Below are positions 31,938 to 44,468 of a stretch of DNA of 64,000 nt, piece after piece. Under the pieces are notes generated by a model. The model searched no databases, was not told the origin of the DNA, and saw nothing but the letters and a program-made list of their open reading frames with translations. The stretch is taken from NCBI GenBank assembly GCA_020137815.1, contig CM035356.1, positions 2,852,001 to 2,916,000 on the forward strand, written 5' to 3'. The DNA comes from Hormiphora californensis (lineage: Eukaryota; Animalia; Ctenophora). The translations under genes were made by a program, and so were the position numbers. Each line of letters opens with the position of its first letter. The stretch's first letter is position 1.

Positions 31938-32006
31938 CTGTCTGGTAGCGCCAGACCCCGATTTGATTTGACAGTGCGCTCAGATGGGGTCTGCGGCGCC
32001 AGACAG
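31938..32006. mobile_element. Ultra-short hairpin MITE copy
   Basis: CTGT...ACAG ends; flanks gaattggc and gaattgaa. Confidence 0.7.
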
Positions 32007-34184
32007 GAATTGAAGGAGTTGTTAACAACAAAATGTCGTCCTAGAGCTGTTTGGGAACTCAAGGCACTACTACAGCAGCTCCCAAACTTGAGAGGGTTTT
32101 TATACCCAAGGGGCTCACACGATATACCCCCCCCCTTTGTTTCCCGATTCTAGCTAGCGGTTGGTCCCCCTTCGATCTGCCCTGTAAGGGAGAGAGAAAG
32201 AGAAAGAGAGTGATCCCCTCTAACCAACCAACGACAAGTGCACAGTTTTCACGAAACAATATGATTTTGAGACAAAGATGGTTACGAGAGAGAGACAAGT
32301 TACTAAAAACTGTGATAGATTTAGATGTTTCAAACTTTTCAAACTTTCCAATTATGTGAACAAATGTGGGAGTGGTCGGAGGTAGCCTGCGTAGCATGGC
32401 AAGTTTCACTATGCTCCCACGCTATTTACTTATTATCTAAAATCTATAATACAACGAGAGTGAGAGTGAGAGACACAGGATTCTAAGGGTATGATGAAGC
32501 ATGAAACGAATAATTTGATAAATTGTCTCAATTGCACAATGTGAAACATAGAGCCACGACCGACAAAACATCATCTATAGCTATATTTCTACACATATAT
32601 GACTTACTTTTATTGGGTGGTTGAGGTTTTTTGATAGTTCTCCCCTTTCTTATTGATGATCATGTCGACTTCATCAATCACAATTTCATTTCCATTTTGG
32701 ATAACTAGAACTCTCACTTCTCACTGTTTGCAGTTTCAAACTGGGGAGGGGGAACAGGGTTACAAATTCGCAGAAGCTATTTTTCGCAGAAACTTCGGTA
32801 GACCCGAATCTAGTCTTATCTTGATACGCCTAATTGGAATTTCGTATATGAGGGGAGGTTTTGAATGCTAGATTTGTATAAAGTTAATTAAGATGAAAGC
32901 CGGGTTCGATTTTCCCTATCAGGTCAGGAAAAATTTCCACGAAAATAGTTCCCAGAACTTTTCCCTGATTGATTTTAATTTCCAAGAAATTCATCTAATT
33001 TCTCTCAAAAGATAAATCATGTTTTTGGGGCTCTCAACTTGTGGGCCGATCCCTCAATATAATAAACATGCCGGAAAATTTTCAGAATGGAACTGGAAGT
33101 GACTCTTTCGATTTCTCAATTATGGCCGCCACCTAGGAAATGACTCAAGCGGGGTTTTCTATGTTCTAAGTTCTAACCCTTCCTTTGTCGAGCTAGGCAA
33201 GCGGGGTTAGGGCTTTTTTGTTCATAACATTATTTTCAAAAGTCAATATATTCACTGAAAGACAACCTGCTGCTGTATTGTTATGTTCTAACCCTCCTTT
33301 ACATTTGTAAAGGGCGGAGCTCGCGAAAAGGGGGTCGAGCTAGACAACCTGCTGTAGAACTGACTGTAATAATTTTCATTGGGCGAGCACTGAGCTACCA
33401 CCTGACTGAGGTGAGTTTCGCCCGTGGGTCGACTCGACCGTCGCTGACTGATAAATTGGGAAATTCTCGGAAATTCTCGGAAATTCTCGGAAATTGGAGT
33501 TTTTGAATCAAATAAAATTCAGCCAGGCCTTCTTCCCACATATTCATCTGAGTTTTATCTGTAATCTCTCTACCGTGCAGTATTCACCTTTTTAGCGTCG
33601 ACTGGGCGTCGATTGTTTCTTAGAAACTAGTCATTAAAAAATCAGTCTGGCCCTTGGGCCCCTCGGCATTTTAATACCATAATAAATGCATTATAATATA
33701 ATTTATATGAGTTTTATTTTTATCACACTACAGCCTCGCCCAGTCTAAATTTAGAATCACGGCCTTTATCAAAAACAAGATAGGGCTCTCTGTCTGCAGG
33801 TCTAAAAGTAGACCGAATTTTTTCCAGAATATATCGTTCCTAAAATAAACCAAGACCTTATATTTATCATATGGACACTTTCCAGGAATGTACTGGATAA
33901 AACTTAAATTTTAGAAAACATGCCCCAGACTGTCTTGCGGCGCCGACCCAATCTGAGAATCAGAACGGGGTCTGGCGACGCCAGATAACCCCCAGAAGAG
34001 ATAAAACTTTGAAATTCTGTGGGGAAGGTCACATTTGCGCTTTCCAGCGCAGTGATCCTTAGTCCAAGTTGACTTACTTCACTCGATTTTTAAGGTTCCT
34101 TTCCTGGTATTTCACAATTGAAGTTTCCACTCCTTCATGAAGCTAGCTAGACTTGCTCGACCCTCCCACTCACCGCACTGTATA

Positions 34185-34244
34185 CTGTCTGGCGCCGCGA
34201 CCCCATCTGAGCGCAATCAGATGGGGGATGGCGCCGCCATACAG
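34185..34244. mobile_element. Ultra-short hairpin MITE copy (another at 33930-33988)
   Basis: Same family; flanks actgtata and gctgtatg. Confidence 0.7.
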
Positions 34245-34281
34245 GCTGTATGCGTCTCGATGAAACCAGTGATAAATTGTT

Positions 34282-34514
34282 TAATGTACTCGGCAAACAC
34301 AGTTGGCGTAAGTTGCTTGTCAGCGCCAAATTTCAGACGGTCATAGCTCCACTCCCTGATAAGATAGAGACTCGAAATTTGTTTTGTAAGAAGAACTCGA
34401 TATGATCTCTTTACAAAACAAATTTCGAGTCTCTTATCAGGGAGTGAAGCTATGACCGTCTGAAATTTGGCGCTGACAAGCAACTTACGCCAACTGTGTT
34501 TGCCGAGTACATTA
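34282..34514. mobile_element. Palindromic MITE
   Basis: Almost the whole length is an inverted repeat (taatgtactcggcaaacacagttggcg...). Confidence 0.85.
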
Positions 34515-35030
34515 GTACCTTGAGGCTTTTATCCCAACAATTATATTTTCAGACCGTGCTCCGGCTCGAGAAATCTCTGGTAGCTCACCGGAAAAGGTAT
34601 CTAGTTTAAATAATGGATACTGAGATTCAGGCATGTCGATTGTCGAACAATCGGAATTCACTAACCCCAATTAAATATGTACTCACTACTCTCCCCCAGG
34701 CAATCTCGTGAGCAACTAAACTGGTATTGGTAATGGTATCCGAACAGTCCACCTCAAAAAATCACCTCAACTTCTTCGGAGTGAGAGCTGCACTGCACGG
34801 TCATTCAACACATTGCATTATACCGAGAGAGGTCAACACAGAACTCAGAAGGGCATGTATACAAGGTCCTACAAGCTGGTCTCTCTGGAGGTGAACTGTG
34901 ATTTTCTGACAGTCAGAGTATCACAGTCAGAATCTGACTCGTTCTGAGCTTTTTTAAACTATTAATGTTGAGTAAGACAATTTGTATACGAACTTCATAT
35001 CAGCACTATTTATATTATAGCACTACATAT

Positions 35031-35256
35031 TAAAGTCGGATTTTTTGAAACTGTCACCCCCCTGGAATAACAAAATTTGCCATATCTTTGGTTCCTGATA
35101 AGATAGAGACTTGAAATTTGGAGGTTCGGAAGAACTTAGCAAGATCTTCGTAACCTCCAAATTTCAAGTCTCTATCTCGTCAGGAACCGGATTTATGGTC
35201 ATTTACGAAATTTGAAAATACCCAGGGGGGTGACAGTTTCAAAAAATCCGACTTTA
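35031..35256. mobile_element. Palindromic MITE
   Basis: TIR taaagtcggattttttgaaactgtcacccccctgg plus inner inverted arms. Confidence 0.85.
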
Positions 35257-35817
35257 TAAGATTGTCATACTGAGCCAGTATTTTAATGCAATTGATGTAA
35301 TTAAAAGCCTAACGGTGAATATATCAGAAAGCTCTAATAAACTTATTGCATTGGGCACATGCTGAAGCATGATTGTCATTGAAACTTTTTTATATTTTGA
35401 TCTCATCTTGCTTCAAGACATTGTTTTGATTTTTTAATAAAAAATTTTTTAATAAAAAATTTTATTACCAGTGGTAATACCACAAAAGCCCTGAGTCGAA
35501 AGTGTCTCTTGTCTTAAGTGTCTCTTGTCCTGTCTGGGGGCACTGACCTGATCTGAGTGCACAACAAAATGGAGAGTCCGGCTATGGCGCCTCATGTTCA
35601 GACAGCTCTAGTCAGCGCTAAAAGTGAACGCGCAAATATTGTGCCGCGCTTCAGTTATAAAGGTACCGCGCGTACAATTGTTTTAGATCGCGTCGGTCAA
35701 CAAATTTTAAACGACGCTTTTTTTTCCTAGGTCCCTTTTGGAATGCGCTGCAGCCCCCTCATGCGCGCACCCCCGCAATATTATATTATAAGGGGCCTGC
35801 AACGTATGCCAAAGGTC

Positions 35818-36098
35818 CCTTAAAGTCCGATTTTTAATAATGTGAACGGGGGGCGAGCAAAAAACTTTCCCACGCACCGTGGGAAAGTTTTTCTTCGGTT
35901 GTTTCGATCATATCTCTGGCTCCTGATAAGATAAAGACTTGATCTTGAATGCATTGAAAAGGTCTTAAAATTATCTTTCCGATACTTTTGGGATCAAGTC
36001 TTAAGATTGTCAGGAACAGAATTTAGCACACGCAAATGGAATTAAGTGGAATTACGTGCGCGCCCCCCGTTCACATTATTAAAAATCGCACTTTAGGG
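35818..36098. mobile_element. MITE with ~38-bp TIRs
   Basis: taaagtccgatttttaataatgtgaacggggggcg and its reverse complement at 36061-36095. Confidence 0.8.
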
Positions 36099-36400
36099 CT
36101 TGAAAAGCGCTGCCTTATCCCGCGCTGCGGGGGCCAGCAACGTTTGCCAGCGTTAAAATCTGGGTGTTTTGGGAGTACTGACAAACGGTTTTTTAGGGTT
36201 AGGGCTAAAGTAGGGTTAGGGTTAGGGTTGGGGTTTGGGTTGGGGTTAGGCCTTGACATTCCCTACCATATAAACTTTGAATCAGCCAAAACGGTTGAGT
36301 GGTTTGGCGGTTAGAGCCATTTTAGTGAATCAACTTTTTTGGCAGCGCGCACCTGTAAACAGGCCTCCAAACACCCAGATCGTAACGGCGCCCGTCCCTT

Positions 36401-36600
36401 AGGGATCCCTAAAAAAGTTCAGTATTTACACAGCGTTTACACCAGAGCGCTGTGATTGGCTGAAATTTCTGATGATTTTAAATTTAAGCCAATCACAGCG
36501 CAGATTTTGAAATTTTTCTTCCCACGCTACCGTGGGAAAATCCGAAATGGCTTAGCTGGTGTAAACGCTGTGTAAATACTGAACTTTTTTAGGGATCCCT
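36401..36600. mobile_element. MITE with 45-bp TIRs
   Basis: agggatccctaaaaaagttcagtatttacacagcgtttacaccag at both ends; a related element ends at 37320. Confidence 0.85.
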
Positions 36601-37371
36601 TTTAGTGGGCTGTGTAGTGATTTTTTTCCTTTCCCGTCGCTTTACAGAGTGCTGCAGAAAGTCCCTGAGTGTCCAGGCCGGGGCAGGGGCGCCAACTAAG
36701 GTCAGGGGGCGGGATTCCCTGCAAGCGTGGTCCAGAGAATTCAGAAACCCCCAGAATGTCCGACAATTTTAAGCGTTTTAAAAAAATTTAAGCATTTCTG
36801 AGCCCCTGAAAATCTGCATACTCTGATATTCGGCGTATCATAATATCTAAAGCCGCTGTGTAGCTGAAGCCACCGTTAAAGCTTTCCGGAAATTGTGTTG
36901 ATTGGACTCATCAATTTTATTGTTTCTGTGGGGCGTACATCTCTCCTCATAACGGACTGAAAGCTGAAAAGATGTTTACTGCTGCTGTGATTGAAATTTG
37001 ACCACTTGAGCACGACTTTGAGCCGTTGCAACGATCAACGCTTTGACGTCCGTTTGATGAAAACGCTGCCAAAAGCTGGTCAAAGCTGCTTAAAAAGTTC
37101 AGTCTTTACACCGTTTTTACACCAAGATCGGCGTGAGTCCGTATTTGCAGAGGTCCATTTTTTCGCCGTGGCGTTCCGTCAACAATTCCGTCATTTGTTG
37201 CCTTGCTTAGCACTATCTCGCCTTTAAAAATAAAAAGGGTTTGAACAACCGAGTTTTCTGCAAACAGGGAACCCCCGGTGTAGCTGCACTGTGTAAAGAC
37301 TGAAATTTTTAGGGATCCCTATTATATCACGTGGCACAAGTTGTGCCGCACAACTATGTATCTAATATTTA

Positions 37372-38504
37372 TAATCCTTCTAATTCTTGTCAAAATACGG
37401 CTTGACCTCATATTTTTGGGGGGCAAGCTAATTCCTTCACCAAGTGTTAGCTAGGGACCTCCTGAGACACCAAAAAAAAGTTTACAGCCCTACTCGTTGG
37501 GGGAGGTCATTTCCGGGCCACGCCCTTTTTAATAAAAAGCGTAACTACCCTTAGGAAAGGAGTAGAGACAAAATTAAGGGCACCAAAGTGTTCAGCGTCC
37601 TCGCATTAGTGGGGGTAGGTGCCGGAATTAAGTCTCTATCTCATCTGGTTAATTAGATAATTGGATAATTAGGTTTGTACATTACCGTTTGTTGGCTATA
37701 TGGCTATAGCCACTTTGGAATGGTTTAAAGACTTTTCACTGGTGCCATTTTGTTAAGAAAAAAATTTTAATCTAAGAGTTGTGGAAAAATTTAGGCCCCA
37801 TCTCTTACCGTTTTGGCGTTATTTGCGGTCAAAGAAGGTTAAATCAGCCGAAAATGCCAAAAAATGGGGGGATAATTGGCCAAAAATGCCAAAAATTGAG
37901 TAAATTGACCTTCTTTGACCGCAAATAACGCCAAAACGGTAAGAGATGGGTCCTACATTTTTCCACAACTCTTAGATTAAAACTTTTTTCTGAACAAAAT
38001 GGCACCAGTGAAAAGTCTCTAATTCATTCCAAAGTGGTTATGCGCAAACCTAATTATCCAATTATCTAATTAACCAGATGAGATAGAGACTTAATTCCGG
38101 CACCTACCCCCACTAATTCGAGGATGCTGATCATTTTAGTGCCCTCGGTTTTGTCTCTACTTCGTTCCTAACATGGCTATAGCCATATGGCCAGCAAACG
38201 GCTATGTGCATACCTAATTATCCAATTATCTAATTAACCAGATGAGATAGAGACTTAATTCCGGCACCTACCCCCACTAATGCGAGGACGCTGAACACTT
38301 TGGTGCCCTTAATTTTGTCTCTACTCCTTTCCTAAGGGTAGTTACGCTTTTTATTAAAAAGGGCGTGGCCCGGAAATGACCTCCCCCCAACGAGTAGGAC
38401 TGTAAACTTTTTTTGGTGTCTCAGGAGGTCCCTAGCTAACATTAGGTGAAGGAATTAGCTTGCCCCCCAAAAATATGAGGTCATAGCAAGAATTGGATGG
38501 ATTA
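37372..38504. mobile_element. ~1.1-kb fold-back MITE (copy 1)
   Basis: Ends taatcc...ggatta with long internal inverted arms; left flank TTA, right flank ACT. Confidence 0.9.
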
Positions 38505-38838
38505 ACTCCTCTCAGCTACATTATGATAATGTCATTATCCCCAGAGGTAAACGGTCTAAAGTTAGGGTTGAAATACTTCACTTAGCAATTGATAACTAGT
38601 ATGTGTGTGAGATTGAATGTGTCTGTATGTCTGTAAATCTGTCTGACAACAAACAAACAGACAAAAAACAAACATACAAAAAACAAAAATACAAATTACA
38701 AAAATAACTCAATCAAACTAAAAAATCCTGCAAAAAGTTTGCCCTGACAACTTTTACAGGTTTTTATCGCTTGAAGATTACACAGTTCTATAATTTCATT
38801 ACATACTTACTTGTCACGTACTATAATTACATACTTAC

Positions 38839-39036
38839 TCAGCTTTATGCACGTTGGTGGGTCACTGCTCCATCCATGTTGCAGTTGCCACGTTGCAACT
38901 GCCTGACATGTCAGTTTGGCCTCCCCAATCAGAACATGTTTCTTCTTACATTCCACTTCGATAACACTTCCTACCTCTTGATTATCCCAGGAATGGGTTA
39001 CCGATCCCTCTATAGTGACGTCTGGGCACTTGAAGT
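38839..39036 (-). CDS. Isolated Sushi/CCP-domain exon (phase 1-1)
   Basis: ccag|...|gtaagt boundaries, 198 nt; FKCPDVTIEGSVTHSWDNQEVGSVIEVECKKKHVLIGEAKLTCQ...GWSSDPPTC has the CCP four-cysteine plus Trp pattern. Confidence 0.7.
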
Positions 39037-39557
39037 CTGGCACCCAGATTTTAACGTTTTCCGAAAAGCGCTGCCAGATGCGTTTGCCAACTGACGAGGC
39101 ACGTTCTTGACAAAAAAACCCAAACTTTCCAGCCCCTGGACCCTGCTTGCGGGGGCTCTGCACCCTGTGATGGGGAGTTTTACCCCAGGACCGCCGACCG
39201 AGGCTGCCGCTCCTGGCCCCGGACACCCTGGTGGCTGGACGACTTGCACCCCTGCCAATGTACAGAGTACAGATACGCTTGACTTCTATATCGATTTTTA
39301 TATCTGAACCGGTAAAAATCCGGTTTCGGCTGTTGGAATGCGCCGCAGGCCCCGGCCCGCAACGAGGGGCCTTCCAATTTTGGCTGCTGAATCATAGTTT
39401 GGCATGTAATGTGTTTTTACAGTTTCTGTGTATGTATCCCGCAATGAGGGGCCTCGTTACTAGTGGATACTGGATTGTGTAAAAAATAGAGAATAGAGGG
39501 ACATTTTCCCTCTATTCTCTAATTTATATTCGCTAATGCTATAATTGTTATATAGCA

Positions 39558-41012
39558 ATGTCAAGAAGACGAAGAATGTCAAATCCAGAGGAAGATTGTA
39601 GTAGCCCGGAACGCAGCGTCAAGCAACTCAAGATAGATGAGGAGGTTGAGTCGGTACCGGATAACCTTGTTCAACTCTTTCACCCAATATTTGAAGAATG
39701 GTCTACCGCTCCAGAAAGAGAGGGAGAACCGACCATCCACCGTCTACCTGAGGATACACTTTTTATTATTTTCAAATTTTTGAATCTCAAGGACATGGAT
39801 GTTTATGCGATGGTGTGTAAGAGGTGGTATAATATGTTCCGGTCTGTTGCTTCATCAATTCGGTACTTTGATATAGGGCGCGGCACCTCAATGGCCACAG
39901 CAGCCAAAGTGATACTGTCAGGACGAGAAATGCTGCGACGAATCCATATGTGCCCGATGTGGTCACTAAACATTGAAATCTTTACTGCAATTGGATTGTG
40001 TAAGAATCTCACACATCTCAGGTTTGAAGGTGTGAAACTCGCCCAAACATTTTCTTCTAACCCACCTCCAGCGTTAGAAGTGCTATCGTTTTATCACTGC
40101 TTAAACTTAAATGAAAAATACTTAAAGTTGATACTGACCAATTTACCTAAATTGAAAGAGCTAGATATAAATCCCGGAGTGAATCTTGAGCAATCTTTTA
40201 GGCAATGGAAAGATTTAATCACGGGTGAATGTATTTCATTTTGTTTAAAAAGCAATCCGATAAGATCTCTTAAAATAGGTTTTTGTGATGATGTGTCACA
40301 CCGAACTTTGATTCTCAACCTTAAACAGTTTTGTACCACTTTGGAAGAACTAGGAGTGTCCTCAAATTCGATCAGTGAACAGCCTCGAGACCCTGCTGAA
40401 GAAGAAGAAGACCCTGCTATACCATTGATACCTAAGATGAAAACACTAGATATAGTTATGCTTGACGGGCACATCGATATATCATTGTTATTGTTTGAGC
40501 GGTTACTGAACTCAATGCCGAATTTGGAGAACCTGAACTTTGACGGCACTTACGTGAGAACCTTCCAACCAATTGGGTTAATGCCGCAGTACCCAAATAT
40601 GAACCAATTCATCGTGCCAATAATCAACAATTGTCCAAATCTTGCATCTCTGAAGTTTACTGGGATGATGTGTACAGAACTGGAGAAAGTCCAAAATCTT
40701 CATAAACTGAAAAGCCTTCACGCATCCCTTGACAAAGGAGAGGCTCATGATTGGTTAACACGGTGTCCCTCCCTCGTTAACTTGACCTTGAGATCTACAA
40801 TCACTGATGATGACGTTGCTGCAGCGATAATTGCTCTGGAAAACCTTGAAACCCTGGACATAAACTTCTGCAAAAATATAACCGGGACTTTTTTGAAAAA
40901 GCTTGAAAACATTCAACGAATATCGCCTCGTCTTGTTATTAGATGCGATCTTGAAAATCTTGATTCTAATTCATTCACAGCCTTTTATTCTTTTGTACTG
41001 CATCGGAAATAG
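39558..41012 (+). CDS. Intronless F-box/LRR protein (484 aa as read; true C-terminus probably longer and acidic)
   Basis: F-box IHRLPEDTLFIIFKFLNLKDMDVYAMVCKRW followed by LRRs (LPKLKELDIN, MPNLENLNFDG, LENLETLDINFCKNITG). Confidence 0.85.
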   Translation: MSRRRRMSNPEEDCSSPERSVKQLKIDEEVESVPDNLVQLFHPIFEEWSTAPEREGEPTIHRLPEDTLFIIFKFLNLKDMDVYAMVCKRWYNMFRSVASSIRYFDIGRGTSMATAAKVILSGREMLRRIHMCPMWSLNIEIFTAIGLCKNLTHLRFEGVKLAQTFSSNPPPALEVLSFYHCLNLNEKYLKLILTNLPKLKELDINPGVNLEQSFRQWKDLITGECISFCLKSNPIRSLKIGFCDDVSHRTLILNLKQFCTTLEELGVSSNSISEQPRDPAEEEEDPAIPLIPKMKTLDIVMLDGHIDISLLLFERLLNSMPNLENLNFDGTYVRTFQPIGLMPQYPNMNQFIVPIINNCPNLASLKFTGMMCTELEKVQNLHKLKSLHASLDKGEAHDWLTRCPSLVNLTLRSTITDDDVAAAIIALENLETLDINFCKNITGTFLKKLENIQRISPRLVIRCDLENLDSNSFTAFYSFVLHRK

Positions 41013-41286
41013 TTTACCTAGCACTGGTTTATTATAGCGTCCCCGACAAGCGAAGAAGCTGCAGATGATGAGAACATGGCAGATGTGAAGAAAATTGCAG
41101 GATTAAGAATAATGCAGTAGATAGAAATTTGCAGATGGATAAGAACTGCACGCATGTGTTAAGAAAATCAGATGATGACAGAAACTGCGATCTCGAGAAA
41201 ATGCCGTTCTGGATTAAGAAAATCACGATGATGAGAGAATTGCAGGTATGTGTAAGTTACATTAGCCCTGAAGATTCAAACGGGTG

Positions 41287-44200
41287 CGAAGTGAACACTT
41301 TCGGGGTCTTTAGGTCTGATTTTATTGGCCCTTCCCATTCTCCCGTTGCCATTAGGGTGTATGCAGTTTTGGCTGCACAGTACCTCAGATGGTCGGTGAT
41401 CGGGGCGGTGTTTGTGATTGTGTCTAGGGCTGTTGATGGCGTCGAGGGCATGGCCCCAGTTACCATCTTGAGTGCTAGCCTCTGTACCCTTATCATGTTT
41501 TCTTTGTTTGTTTTGGTTCGCATTGCATTAGCCCAGACCATTGCCCCGTAGCATAAGGTGGGTCTCACTATTGCAGTGTATATCCATAGGGCCGTTTTAG
41601 GGTTTAGTCCCCACGTGGGTCCCACCACTTTACGGCACTGCATCAGGATATTTTTTGCTTTTTTTATTTGTTTGTTTACGTGCTCGTTCCAGTTCAGTTT
41701 GCTGTCAAGGGTAATCCCTAGAAACTTCGTGGATTCGGACACTTTGATAGGGTTACCCTGAATTTTGATCGGGTTTCCAATTTTCACATTTTTTCGATGG
41801 GTGAATATGACTACATGCGATTTCAGGGCACTTAGTTTGAGCCCTACTGTCTTACACCAGGCGTTTATGGAATTAAGCCCCTTCTGGGTCGCGTCCCTTA
41901 GAGGGAGTATGTCCGCAGAGGGTCCATTTCTTCCGGAGGGCATTGTGGTTGCTACTATATGACATAAGTCATCCGCAAAGCCCTGTAGTTCACCTGGTAT
42001 ATTCTTTTTGCTATGGTTTAGTAGATCGTCCATTACCAGGTTCCATAGGAACGGGGAAAGTATTCCTCCCTGGGGACAACCCCGGGTGGCTCTTATAGTA
42101 AGGGACTCTTCCATTAGGTTCGTGGTTATTTCGCGGTTTGAGATCATGTAGGTGATCCAGACCGCTGTTCTTTTGTCGCGTAGCTTTGCATGAAGGGCTC
42201 TTTCCATAGCTTGGAATGCCACATTATCGAAGGCTCCCTCGATGTCCAAGAACGTACCCAGGGCAATGCCCTTGTGCATGAGGGTGCCTTCGAGTTTGCG
42301 TACTACTTTATGGAGGGCTGTTTCTGTTGAAACGCCTCTTCTAAATCCATATTGCGACTTGTTTAATTTTTTGTGTACTTTTTGGTCTACCTCAATGTGC
42401 CATAGAATTAACCGTTCCATGAGTTTGTGGAGGTTTGACGCAAGGGTTATTGTTCGGTATGATTTAGGCATACGATAGTCATCCTTTCCTGGCTTGGGCA
42501 GGTAGATGGCTTCTGCTTCCTGCCAGGATTTGGGGGTTACCCCTAGACTGTACGATGCCTTAGCTATCTTTGCAAATGGTTCAGCAATAATGTCTGCTAC
42601 TTTTTGCATCATGATGGGCCTGATGCCATCCGGCCCAGCAGCTGTTAAGGGTTTAAATTCCCTCAGCGCCTTGATGATACGTGTTTTCGAGAATGTTTTT
42701 TCATCAGACCACTCCCCTTCTGGGGCTTCAGTTTTGTCCTTGAGGGAGGGTCTAGTTAAGTGGTCCTCGCCAAAGTGAACCTCTGCCATTATCTGGAGGG
42801 TTTCTTTAGGGGACTGTGATAGTTCACCTTTTGCATCAAAGATACAGCTGAGATTATAATCTTTACTGTTCTTGAGCACTTGGCTAACCTTCTGGGCATC
42901 TGAATATGCATCGAGATCTTCAGCCCATATTTTCCAGTTTTTAAATTTAGACTGGTTTTTGGTTTTTGTGTATTTGTTTCGAGCTGTTTTTGCTGAGTCC
43001 CAGTCCTGATGCACTTTCGTGGTCTGGGCGTGTCTCAGTTTATCAAACATTTCTTCCCTAGCTGCCTTGACCTCCCCACTGAGCCACGGGGGGTCTTTGG
43101 AGTGGGCGGAAACGTATGTTTTTGGGGTACACTTGTAGTATGCCCACAGCATCAGTTCTATTAGTTTTTCGTTGGCTGTTTCAAGTTCTTCGGCGTTTGA
43201 TATTACCATTTCTGTCAGTCCTGTTTCTTCTAGGCCCTTTTCCACAAGTTGTCTATATAGGGCCCAGTTTGTTTTCTTAATATTGTAGAATGAGCGGATC
43301 TTGCTACCATCCATGTCCCTCAACACAAATGTGATGGGTACGTGGTCGGATCTGCATTTTCCTTCTACTGTCTGCCAGTCTTGTATCATGTCCAGTGCAT
43401 GGTTGTTGGTCATGGTAAGATCTAGCACATTTTTTCTTGTTCCATTGTCGAAAGTGTGGGGGCAATTCACGTTCGATACATGCAGATCGAGATCTACAAT
43501 GGCATCTAATAGTGCATCTCCCCTTTTCTTCCCAATAGGATCTTTAACCAGTGCCCCCCAACTAGTGTTGTGGGCGTTGGTATCAGATCCAATTACTAGT
43601 TTCAGGTTATTTCTTTTTGCGTGGGCTGCCAACTCTCCTAGTAATTTAGGAGGGCATTCTAGCTCTCTGTCCATGTACATTGAGCATAAAATGACTGATT
43701 TGGTGCCCAGTTTGACAAGGATAGTGACTGTGTCCCTGTCAGTGAATTTGTCAAGGAGAAATACGTTCCTCCCTAGGTTACTATTGATCAAGATGCTCGC
43801 ACGTGGTCTCTGAGCCCTTTTGTCATATAGGGCAGAGAATCCTCCGCTGGCTCTAACTTTAGATGTTTTCCCTATAATAGGTGGTTCTTGGGCTAGGATA
43901 ATTTGTGATCGTGTTTGGTTACAGGTGATTATGTCATCCCATGCTTCATGACTTTTATGGAGGTTAATTTGTGTTACTCTGATGTTTTTACTTATTTTCT
44001 TGGCTGCTGAGGGTCCTGGAGGCGGCCCTAGACTCTGCTGCCCCTCCTTCTGGGGTGGGGGCGGCAGATTGTCTTGGGCTCCGCGGGCAGTGTTGGACCT
44101 CCCTGTCCCTTCCTTTCGGAGGGTCATTTGGATTCCACCTGCACTATTCGGGGCTGCGATTTGACTCTTCTGCCCTTTCCCTGTCGCTACACTGCCCGAA

Positions 44201-44468
44201 TCTCCATCATTTAGAAGGTCAGCATCTCTTACGGGCGATAGTCCCGTTTTACAGGGGCTGGTGCCCTCATGTAATGGAGGGTGCTCCCCGGATAGAGGGT
44301 GCTCCCTGAAGGGCCCTCCTGGGATGGGGGCCCTGTGCGGAGTTGCTGAGAGTCCTCTAGCTATTTGGGGGAGATAAGGGTAGTGAGAGTCCTCACTTAG
44401 ATGGTTTGTGAAGGTAATATAATTCTCCATATAGCATGGGATTATGGCGGGTCAGTAATGATATGCCC
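41287..44468 (-). mobile_element. Non-LTR retrotransposon fragment with intact APE-RT reading frame (ORF 44430-41257); R1/LOA-like, 3'-truncated
   Basis: APE motifs QINLHKS, AQEP, GSDTNAH, SDHVPI; RT motifs AGPDGI, YRTITL, QYGFR, FLDIEGAFDNV, GCPQGGILSP, FADD, KFLGI. The ORF runs out into F-box sequence at ~41286, with no RNase H or 3' tail. Confidence 0.92.

Noticed and set aside
36194-36250. TTAGGG-like tract as a telomere remnant
   Set aside because: It is short, degenerate and embedded in a dispersed repeat with related sequence near 62280-62660.
40363-41286. ~925-bp duplication as a genuine LINE target-site duplication
   Set aside because: It is far too long and the LINE lacks its 3' end; retained only as a rearrangement finding.
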